From an uncultured Candidatus Binatia bacterium (lineage in GTDB: Bacteria > Desulfobacterota > Binatia > UBA9968 > JAJDTQ01): a stretch of 64,000 nt of DNA. Each line of letters starts with the position of its first letter. Within the stretch, counting starts at the first letter, position 1. Below are positions 54,257-64,000 of the stretch, piece after piece. The DNA is taken from the NCBI GenBank assembly GCA_965213675.1, contig OZ243916.1:3328001-3392000 (forward strand), in the 5' to 3' direction. The notes beneath the pieces were generated by a model. It saw only the letters and a program-made list of their open reading frames with translations, searched no databases and was not told the DNA's origin. The translations under genes were made by a program, and so were the position numbers.

Positions 54257-55312
54257 TTAGGTGCTTCTCTTGAGGGCGATGTGGAGCAGTTTCGTTTGGT
54301 AGGTAGCGATGCTGTGATCGCTGAGGAGGCTACCCCATTTGTTCGTCCCATTGAAGATCGCCCGAACCCGTCTGCCCCAACCGACCGTGTAGAGCAGGGT
54401 AGCCCTGGAGAAGTCGCCGTCCTTGCAGTTGGTGATAAATCGCATGTTGCCGCCGTGTTCGTAGCCGGAGAAGTACCGTTCGAGCATGTTGCCGATCCAT
54501 ACGAGGAAGGTAAGGAAAGGGGCAAGGCGCCCTAACGCGCGAAGCCCCTTTGTCAGGAGGGCTATCGCCGTGCCGGTTAAAGGGACCATCGGGACGACGT
54601 CGGCCGAGTTCACGATCCTGTAGACCGGACTCTTGATTTGCCCAAGCCACGCCTCGCTCCCGCTCCGGGGCGACCCGTAGGTGTAGCAGGCGGCAATCTG
54701 TCGCTCCGCGCTCAGGCGTCTGGTGGCAATGGTCGCTACTGCCCCGCCGAGGCTGTGGCCCGTAATGAAAAGGGGCTTGTTCGCAACCCCTTCCATATCC
54801 AGCGCCGCCTCAATCGCATCCTCGACATCATTGTACTGGCCCTGGAAACCGGCATGGACGTGTCCGCCAGTTCGGCTCCGCGCCTTATAGGATTTCAGAT
54901 CAGCCCTGATATCACGTATGGATGTTGATTCCGTTCCCCGGAATGCTAGGACGGCGTGATCCGTACTGTAGGCTACAAAGGCTTGGGTGGCGTTTACGCT
55001 GATAGTTTTCGCCAAGGTCCAGCCGATCTTCTTCAACCGACTACTCAGTCTGGCCTCTTCAGCTTCGTAATCTTGTCCGCAGGCCTTCGTGATGGCTCCG
55101 AGTATCTTCGCGTCAGAGCTCTTCGGCAGTCCTCTCAGGGCACGTTGGACGAGCTTAAGAACGGCCTCTCCCTCGAAGGCGGATTTGTCGAACTTCAGAT
55201 AGGCCAATTCCGACATGTAGGCCATGAGCCAAGCAGCTCGATCGCTGTACGCCTTGCGGTAGTCGGGCATCTTCTTGCCGAGAACCTTATCGTGCAAATC
55301 CTGTTCGACCAT
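54257..55312 (-). CDS. Class 3 lipase-family alpha/beta hydrolase
   Basis: AFRGT, VHAGF, GHSLGG, TYGSPR, DVVP, DH. Confidence 0.88.
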   Translation of the reverse strand: MVEQDLHDKVLGKKMPDYRKAYSDRAAWLMAYMSELAYLKFDKSAFEGEAVLKLVQRALRGLPKSSDAKILGAITKACGQDYEAEEARLSSRLKKIGWTLAKTISVNATQAFVAYSTDHAVLAFRGTESTSIRDIRADLKSYKARSRTGGHVHAGFQGQYNDVEDAIEAALDMEGVANKPLFITGHSLGGAVATIATRRLSAERQIAACYTYGSPRSGSEAWLGQIKSPVYRIVNSADVVPMVPLTGTAIALLTKGLRALGRLAPFLTFLVWIGNMLERYFSGYEHGGNMRFITNCKDGDFSRATLLYTVGWGRRVRAIFNGTNKWGSLLSDHSIATYQTKLLHIALKRST

Positions 55313-55503
55313 GGAGTCAATCCCTTCCGGTTCTACTGCGTTACCGACAAGTCTCGTTGCTTCTCCTCGGCATCATCAGGTAATATCCGCCTAGTCAAAC
55401 CGTCATCACCCAAATCCCTCATCCCAACTACGCGCTCTGCTGACTACCGCGAGATCATACACACATCAGCTAGATGCGATGTCCCCTTGGAGATAGAGAC
55501 GGT

Positions 55504-56025
55504 CTACGCTGACCAACGAAACTCACTCGGCTCATCTTCTTCCAAGAAACAACCGTTATCCAGATTCTGCACGAAAATAATAAGATTCGTCCAGTCGTAT
55601 AGTGCAGACGGCACGATTAGGCCGTCATATCCCAAATAAGTCAGACCGTCAACAATGTCTTGGGTGCGTGAATAATCTCGGCTTTGATAGTCTACCTGTC
55701 TTATCCCGAGGTGTTCAAGCTCCTCGAAAATCAACTCCACGAGACGCTTCAATCGAACTCTCAGTTTCCAGTTTAGTACCTGCCGGTCAGGTGTCTGCAC
55801 GAACAGCGACCAGAACGCTTCGAATTCTGCGCTGGCCCCTTCCGCTTCAAATCACGTATTGACGACCTCAAACTGACAATCGGGACTGTTCCAACGACCG
55901 CGCGCCCCATTACTACCGTGGACCGGGCTCTTGTTAGCCCACACCACTCGATGGACAATTCCCTCGACCGCGGTTTGGCCGCAACGGTCTAGATGTTCGA
56001 GTAAACCCGGGTCGGGCTGCAACAT
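55504..56025 (-). pseudogene. RES-domain toxin with in-frame TGA at 55852-55854
   Basis: Hand translation MLQPDP...GRWN...NT*FEAEGASAE...DGLIVPSA: R, E and S motifs all in one frame. Confidence 0.8.
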
Positions 56026-56043
56026 CTGCGGACCGCTCCAAGG

Positions 56044-56390
56044 CTACGTGTACGTTGGATCAGCCATAGCCTGAATGGCCTCCAGGACTTCGTCAATTCG
56101 CCCTTCCTGAATCAAATCAGCAGGTCGAAGGCCGTTGAAGTACCTGTGCCGAGAATACAACCGTGCTCGTGCCGTTTTCGGGTCGGAACAGAATTCCGAA
56201 AGTCGCTTCACTATATACTCTAGGTCAACAAGAAGGTTCTCCTTGACCGGCCTGGGATAGGCGCGCCCTCGATTCCACCGAGAGAATGTTTCAGGAGTCG
56301 TCCCGAGCATATCCGCCACGTCAACCGCCCGAATGGCTGCTCGGCTTTTAAGAGATCAAGTTTTTCAGCCACGACGTTCTTTTCTGCGAA
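56044..56390 (-). pseudogene. Xre/MbcA-type antitoxin (HTH plus C-terminal toxin-binding domain), 5' frameshift
   Basis: DVADMLGTTPETFSRW HTH; RPADLIQEG..DEV; upstream NVVAEKLDL is out of frame near 56350. Confidence 0.7.
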
Positions 56391-56402
56391 AAAAGTCCAT
56401 TA

Positions 56403-57700
56403 GCAGGTTGTTGAAAAACTTGGCCTGACGCGGATAACAGTAAATAACATATTGGTATCGACCGGGAGTAAGGGATGAGAGGAACGGATCCGCGCCAGGA
56501 AGGGATGTTCAGCTATGTGTCGCTGGAGGCGCGGGTGCGGGCGGACCATCCATTGCGAGCGATACGGAAGATGGTGAACCGTGCGCTTGAAGGACTGACG
56601 CGGGAGTTTGAGGAGATGTACTCGCACACGGGGCGGCCTTCGATAGCGCCGGAGCAGTTGCTGCGTGCGTTGCTGCTTCAGGTGCTTTACTCGATCCGTA
56701 GCGAACGGTTGTTGGTGGAGCAACTGGACTACAACTTGCTGTTCCGGTGGTTTGTGGGACTGTCGATGGACGATCCGGTGTGGGGCCACTCGACGTTCAC
56801 CAAGAACCGACAGCGGTTGATCGGGTCGGACATGGCGCGGGCCTTTTTCGGGCAGATACTGGGCCAGGCCCGCGAAGGACGCCTTTTGTCGGATGAACAC
56901 TTCAGCGTGGACGGGACGTTGCTGGAGGCGTGGGCGTCGATGAAGTCGTTCCGGCCGAAAGACGGAGGCGGACGGCTTGGTGGCGGCGGACGCAATGCGG
57001 AGGCGGACTTCCACGGCGAGAAGCGCAGCAATGCGACCCACCAGTCGAGCACCGATCCGCAGGCACGGCTGTACCGCAAGGGCCAGGGACGGGAAGCGAA
57101 GCTGCGCTACCTGGGCCATGCGTTGATGGATAACCGCCATGGACTGATCGTCGATACCCGTACCACCGAAGCCGGCGGCCGGGCTGAGCGCGAGGCGGGC
57201 TTGGCGATGATTGCCGCGCGTCCCGGCGCCGATCGGCTCACCCTCGGGGCGGACAAGGGATACGATACAAAAGACTTTGTGGAGGGACTGCGCTGCGCCA
57301 ACGTCAGTCCGCATGTGGCCCAGAACGACACCCGCCAGCGTTCCGCCATTGACCGGCGCACCACCCGTCACCGTGGTTACGCGGTGAGCCAGCGCATCCG
57401 CAAACGGATCGAGGAAGGCATCGGCTGGGCCAAGACCATCGGAGGCATGCGCAAACTCAAGCACCGGGGCCTGCCCAAGGTCGACTTCCAGTTCACCCTC
57501 ACCTTCGCCGTCTACAACCTGGTGCGACTGCGTACCCTGGGAGTCGGAGGTTGAGCATGCGTCCATGGCCTCCGGGCGTCTGCGCCGGCTTCGTTGGCCT
57601 GAAATGGCCCGCGAAACAAGTTCTGCTTCACGCCCTGAAGCCGGCTTTTCCATCGATTCTCTCACAAACGCTCAAATCTAGGCGTTTTTCCACGGCCTGC
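56403..57700 (+). mobile_element. IS5-family insertion sequence, apparently intact
   Basis: IRs GCAGGTTGTTGAAAAAC / GTTTTTCCACGGCCTGC (14/17), flanked by TA on both sides. Confidence 0.88.
56475..57554 (+). CDS. IS5-family DDE transposase
   Basis: DHPLR, GRPSI, VDGT, ADKGYD, RKRIEE, YNL. Confidence 0.93.
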   Translation: MRGTDPRQEGMFSYVSLEARVRADHPLRAIRKMVNRALEGLTREFEEMYSHTGRPSIAPEQLLRALLLQVLYSIRSERLLVEQLDYNLLFRWFVGLSMDDPVWGHSTFTKNRQRLIGSDMARAFFGQILGQAREGRLLSDEHFSVDGTLLEAWASMKSFRPKDGGGRLGGGGRNAEADFHGEKRSNATHQSSTDPQARLYRKGQGREAKLRYLGHALMDNRHGLIVDTRTTEAGGRAEREAGLAMIAARPGADRLTLGADKGYDTKDFVEGLRCANVSPHVAQNDTRQRSAIDRRTTRHRGYAVSQRIRKRIEEGIGWAKTIGGMRKLKHRGLPKVDFQFTLTFAVYNLVRLRTLGVGG

Positions 57701-57829
57701 TAGCAGCAAGGCTAGAGGCATGGAGACGCTGATGAGCTGGGGTCGGCTCGATAGCGAGACAAGGGGCTCCATCGTGGACGCCTCTTCCTTGTTATTGACC
57801 TATGTCGATGGACACCATACACCTGAAAA

Positions 57830-58108
57830 GCGATCAGGGCCTTTCGGCATCGTGGCTTGAGAGATCTCTATGAGCAGGGCCGTTCGCCGAAGGTGGCTCA
57901 GGAGCATGTGCAAAAACTCTTGCGCATCCTGACGGCCCTAGACCACTCCACTCGTCCGGAGGGAATGGATATGCCAGGCTTTCGACTGCACCCCCTCAAG
58001 GGCCGCATGCGGAGACACCATGCGGTGTTCGTCTCGGGGAACTGGCGGGTGACGTTTCGGTTCGAAGATGGCCACGCCGTAGATGTCGATTATCTGGATT
58101 ACCATTAA
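57830..58108 (+). CDS. higB: HigB/RelE-family toxin; expected start codon reads GCG, possibly inactive
   Basis: IRAFRHRGL..LYE, LHPLKG, VSGNWRVTFRF, DYLDYH. Confidence 0.75.
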   Translation, partial: AIRAFRHRGLRDLYEQGRSPKVAQEHVQKLLRILTALDHSTRPEGMDMPGFRLHPLKGRMRRHHAVFVSGNWRVTFRFEDGHAVDVDYLDYH

Positions 58109-58119
58109 GAGGTGCTCTC

Positions 58120-58407
58120 GTGGCAATGAACAATCCTGTACACCCCGGCGCCATCGTGCGTGAAGACTGCCTGAAACCGCTGGGTTTGTCCGTGACCGAA
58201 GGCGCAAAGCGGCTCGGTATCGGACGTCAGACTCTTTCCAATTTGGTCAACGAAAAGGCATCCGTCTCGATTGAGATGGCCTACCGCCTGTCGAAGGCGT
58301 TTGGCTCCACGCCTGAAACCTGGCTCGCCATGCAGTTGGCCTTCGACCTCGCAGGGTCACGGCACCTGGAACAGAAAATAAAGGTGAGAAGAATCGCTGC
58401 CGCGTAG
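58120..58407 (+). CDS. higA: HigA antitoxin
   Basis: PVHPG, HTH, EMAYRLSKAFGSTPETWL.MQ. Confidence 0.92.
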   Translation: MAMNNPVHPGAIVREDCLKPLGLSVTEGAKRLGIGRQTLSNLVNEKASVSIEMAYRLSKAFGSTPETWLAMQLAFDLAGSRHLEQKIKVRRIAAA

Positions 58408-58528
58408 GCCTTCATCGGTGTTCGACAAATACCGGCGGTCTCATCCCAACTCGGGCTGTTTGTCGAGGGCGACCTACAGACCACGCATCGGACGGACGTG
58501 CTGTAGCAGCGCTCCATTTCTAGGGGGG

Positions 58529-58610
58529 TGAGGTGGTCCTGGTTTGTAGGACAGGGAGGCGGCGGAGTTAAGGCGTATTCCAGACGTTCAATCATGCCGC
58601 CAAGGTCCGC
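58529..58610 (-). repeat. IS3-family right-end relic
   Basis: TGAGGTGGTCC...GGACAG and AAGGYGTATTCC shared with the IS3 end at 38414. Confidence 0.6.
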
Positions 58611-58661
58611 GAAGCACTCGCGGGTAAACTTCGCCAGATCAAGCATGATCTGATTTGTCTT

Positions 58662-58687
58662 GCATACCAGACAAAAGTCTGGTATGC
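58662..58687. promoter_or_regulatory. Perfect palindrome upstream of lexA, candidate LexA operator
   Basis: GCATACCAGAC-AAAA-GTCTGGTATGC, overlapping TTGCAT-N17-TATGCG. Confidence 0.7.
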
Positions 58688-58695
58688 GCATCCTC

Positions 58696-59298
58696 ATGAC
58701 ACCCTTCACTCCACCGGGGGAGACCCGGGACAAGGTTTACCGGTTCGTGCGCAGGCGGACCCTGGAGGAGCTTCCTCCCACGGTTCGGGAGGTCCAGGAG
58801 GCGTTCCGATTCAGGGCGGTGCAGACAGCCCGGCAGCACCTGGAGCGGCTGGTGGCCGAGGGGCGGCTGGTCAAGGCGCACGGGAAATCCAGGGGCTACC
58901 GACTGCCCCGGGAGCCCGGGACGCTGTTGGTACCGTTGCTGGGGCGGGTGCAGGCCGGCGGTCTGCGGGCGGCCATCGAGGAATGCGAAGGCTACATCCC
59001 GGTCCAGTCACGGGGCTCGGAGGAAGTGTTCGGGCTCCGGGTCCAGGGAGAAAGCATGACCGGAGCGGGCATCCTTCCCGGCGACATCGTCGTCGTGAGG
59101 CAGCAGGCGGAAGCCGCCTCGGGGGACATCGTCGTGGCCCTGGTGGGCGACGAGGCCACCATCAAGAGGCTACGCCTGCGCCAGAGCCGGATCGAGCTGC
59201 ATCCGGAGAACCCGGCTTTCGCAACCATCGTTCCCAGGGCCGATGAGTGCACCGTCCTGGGCAAGGTGGTGGAGGTGAGACGCTATCTGGAAGGATAG
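58696..59298 (+). CDS. lexA: SOS repressor LexA (imu-cassette associated)
   Basis: PPTVRE wHTH, VQAG cleavage site, GESM Ser, ATIK Lys; start 58684 or 58696. Confidence 0.95.
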   Translation: MTPFTPPGETRDKVYRFVRRRTLEELPPTVREVQEAFRFRAVQTARQHLERLVAEGRLVKAHGKSRGYRLPREPGTLLVPLLGRVQAGGLRAAIEECEGYIPVQSRGSEEVFGLRVQGESMTGAGILPGDIVVVRQQAEAASGDIVVALVGDEATIKRLRLRQSRIELHPENPAFATIVPRADECTVLGKVVEVRRYLEG

Positions 59299-59385
59299 AC
59301 CCGAAGGATCGCATGGGCGCGGCATCCGGGGCAACGTGTTCCCGGCGTCCGATCCTTTGCCTTTCGCAGGACACGGAGCGCTTTC

Positions 59386-60033
59386 ATGGACGTTTTCGCC
59401 GAAAAGACTCACGACGCCATACCGGCTTCGGGCGCCGCCCCCGCGGCGCCCCGCCGCCGGCCTGTCCGCGAGACCCCGAGGGCCTGGAACCTGTCCTCCC
59501 TGGCCGGACGACTCACCGAAATGTCGGACTCGGGCGCGGCCCCTTCCCTCACCGCCGCGGCCGCCCTCATCCTCCAGGCCCAGCAGCGGGGAGAGCCCGC
59601 GGCGTGGATCGGCTTCGGCAACTCGATCTTCTTCCCGCCGGATTTCGCCGAGTGGGGCATCGACCTCGAGGCCCTGCCGGTGGTCCGGGTCCCCGACGCC
59701 CTTGCCGCGTCCCGCGCGGCCGACCAGTTGCTGCGTTCCGGCGCGTTCGGGCTGGTGGTGCTGGACCTGAAGGCCGAGGCGCGGATGCACATGGCGGCCC
59801 AGAGCCGCCTGGCGGCTCTGGCCCGGAAGCACCACACGGCGCTCCTCTGCCTCACCCGCAAGAAGCGGGGCGCTCCCTCGCTGGGGCCCCTGGTGTCGCT
59901 TCACGGCGAGGGCAGTATCACGAGGACGGCCTTCAGCCGCTTCGACTGGGAAATCCGCATGGTCAAGGACAAGCGGGGGGCTCCGGGTTGGAGCCACATG
60001 GAGTCGTGCCGTGGAACGGATGGCCTGTGTTGA
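59386..60033 (+). CDS. imuA: ImuA-like RecA-fold protein
   Basis: GRLTE, FFPPD..EWGIDL, LLRSGAFGLVVLD; no intact Walker A; position in cassette. Confidence 0.82.
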   Translation: MDVFAEKTHDAIPASGAAPAAPRRRPVRETPRAWNLSSLAGRLTEMSDSGAAPSLTAAAALILQAQQRGEPAAWIGFGNSIFFPPDFAEWGIDLEALPVVRVPDALAASRAADQLLRSGAFGLVVLDLKAEARMHMAAQSRLAALARKHHTALLCLTRKKRGAPSLGPLVSLHGEGSITRTAFSRFDWEIRMVKDKRGAPGWSHMESCRGTDGLC

Positions 60034-61588
60034 CGTTGCGGCCTTTCCCCTGCAACTGCTGCTCCGGGACCATCCGGACTGGAAAGACCATCCCGCCGCG
60101 GTGGTGGACCGGGACAAGGCCCAGGGGACCATCCTCTGGGTAAACCGGCGGGCGCGGGCCATGTGCATCCTCCCGGGCATGAGCTATGGCGCGGGGCTCG
60201 CGCTCTCGCGTCATCTCCGGGCGGACGTCATTGCCCCCTCGGCCATCGACAAGGCCGTGGCCGGCCTGGTTCCACGCCTGCGGCGTTTCGCCGCCGAGGT
60301 GGAGCCCTCCCGGGACGAGCCCGGTGTGTTCTGGCTCGGGGCCTCGGGGCTTTCCCTGCTCCATCCCCGCCTGGAGGAATGGGCCGGGCTCATCCACGGC
60401 GACCTCGACGGCGCCGGCCTTCGCAACACCGTGGCCGTAGGGTTCTCGCGTTTCGGCAGCTATGCCGCGGCCAGATCCAGCGACCGGGTCGTGGTCTTCC
60501 GCACGCCCGAGGAAGAGCACAAACATGTCCGCGACGTCCGGATCGAAAGTCTCGACCTCGCCCCCAAGGTCCGCGACCTCCTGGCCCGTCTCGGCATCCA
60601 CACCCTGGGCGGCTTCCTGGACCTGCCCGCGTCCCAGGTGCGCTCGCGGCTGGGACGGGAAGCCCAGCGTCTCCACCGGCTGGCCGCGGGCGAACTGTGG
60701 AGCCCGCTCCATCCGGAGACGCCGTCCGAGCCCACTGCCGCGGGGGTCTTCCTGGACTACCCGGAGAGCGACCGCCAGCGCCTGGCGGTGCTCGTGGAGG
60801 AGATGCTGGAGCCTTTGCTTGAAGCGCTGGAGCAGCGCCACGAGGTAATGACCGCCCTCCTCCTCCAACTTCGCCTGGACGACAAATCGGAGAAGGCCGA
60901 GACCCTGCGGCCAGCCCGGCCCATCCTCGACCGGACGCAGATCCTGGACCTCTTGCGGCTGCGCCTGGAGGCCACGGAGCTACCGGCCGGGGTGACGGAA
61001 ATCCTCATGGAGCTCCGGGGAGCTTCGCCGGACATCCGGCAGGGAGAGCTTTTCCACGACGCCTCCGCCCGCGACCGCGACGCGGCCAACCGTGCACTGG
61101 CGCGGCTACGCGCCCGGTTCGGCGACGGCGCGCTGCTGCGGGCGCGGCCCCGTGCCGGGCATCTTCCGGAGGCGCGCTTCACCTGGGAGCCCATGGAAGA
61201 CGTGCCGGCACCGAGGCCGCGACGGGTCCGGCTACGCCCACTGGTGCGGCGTTTCTTCCCCAAGCCCCTCCGGCTCCCGAACAAGACTGCGTCAAGACTC
61301 CACATGGATACGGGAACGGCAACACCCGCATCGTCATCCCCACACCTCTCTCCGTCATCCCCGCAAAGGCGGGAATCCGTCATTCCCGCCCCCGATCGGG
61401 ATCGAGGGCAAACTTTCGCGGGAATGACGTCTTCGACCGGCCCCTACATCATCTCCGGAGGATGGTGGGGGTCCGGCGCCGGCGTGCACCGCGAGTACCA
61501 CTTCATCCGTGACGGCGAGGGCCCGTGGCTGTGGATCTACTATGACTCCAAGCGGCGCGGCTGGTTCCTGCACGGGAAGGTGGAGTAG
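60011..61588 (+). CDS. imuB: ImuB, inactive Y-family polymerase
   Basis: Y-family fold lacking catalytic acids, LGIHTLG, GPY..SGGWW, REY, GWFLHG. Confidence 0.88.
   Translation: MERMACVDVAAFPLQLLLRDHPDWKDHPAAVVDRDKAQGTILWVNRRARAMCILPGMSYGAGLALSRHLRADVIAPSAIDKAVAGLVPRLRRFAAEVEPSRDEPGVFWLGASGLSLLHPRLEEWAGLIHGDLDGAGLRNTVAVGFSRFGSYAAARSSDRVVVFRTPEEEHKHVRDVRIESLDLAPKVRDLLARLGIHTLGGFLDLPASQVRSRLGREAQRLHRLAAGELWSPLHPETPSEPTAAGVFLDYPESDRQRLAVLVEEMLEPLLEALEQRHEVMTALLLQLRLDDKSEKAETLRPARPILDRTQILDLLRLRLEATELPAGVTEILMELRGASPDIRQGELFHDASARDRDAANRALARLRARFGDGALLRARPRAGHLPEARFTWEPMEDVPAPRPRRVRLRPLVRRFFPKPLRLPNKTASRLHMDTGTATPASSSPHLSPSSPQRRESVIPAPDRDRGQTFAGMTSSTGPYIISGGWWGSGAGVHREYHFIRDGEGPWLWIYYDSKRRGWFLHGKVE
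61332..61429. repeat. Cluster of GTCATYCCCGC palindromic units inside imuB
   Basis: CGTCATCCCCGCAAAGGCGGGAATCC (61353-61378) followed by a 52-bp palindrome (61378-61429). Confidence 0.78.
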
Positions 61589-61594
61589 GGAACC

Positions 61595-64000
<2,406 letters not shown>

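Larger units (their letters stand above)
37639..58620. mobile_element. tRNA-Met-associated accessory/defence island (boundaries approximate, no integrase seen)
   Basis: Abrupt switch to IS relics, TA systems, pseudogenes and visibly more AT-rich genes; host-like composition resumes at lexA. Confidence 0.7.

Noticed and set aside
55852-55854. Selenocysteine or programmed read-through at the RES TGA (and the istA TAG at 44406)
   Set aside because: No evident SECIS-like hairpin; neighbouring decay makes simple nonsense mutations more likely
55840-58620. attR duplicate of the tRNA-Met 3' end
   Set aside because: Only short chance matches such as TTCAAATC were found

Overview
GC-rich bacterial chromosome, Deltaproteobacteria-like gene order (taxonomy is inference only). 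1-37.6 kb is core genome: S10-spc-alpha ribosomal cluster (rplC to rplQ; rpmD, adk and infA absent from their usual slots; a palindromic MITE-like insert between rplV and rpsC), SPOR-trpD-trpC-trpF-folC-lptD-gspD, rarA, ffh-rpsP-khpA-rimM-trmD-rplS, groES-groEL, a peptidoglycan-recycling trio, iscA, rsmD, coaD and an initiator-like tRNA-Met. Downstream of the tRNA is a ~21 kb accessory/defence island. It holds IS3 relics, an AbiE type IV TA pair, and nested IS21 elements whose istB is split at its Walker A motif by a serine-recombinase element. It also holds two adjacent ubiquitin-like conjugation modules: (1) small peptide + E2 + Phd/YefM-E2 fusion + ThiF/E1 + JAB + MBL hydrolase, with no recognisable ubiquitin-like or CD-NTase gene, and (2) MBL + a single E2-E1-JAB-patatin fusion. 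A class 3 lipase, decayed RES-Xre, IS5 and HigBA follow. The window ends in a lexA-imuA-imuB-dnaE2 cassette with a perfect palindromic operator. The best novel-system candidate is the conjugation locus at 45.6-54.0 kb; second is an ORF whose start codon is only supplied on excision of the recombinase element. All calls are from reading motifs by eye; no searches were run.
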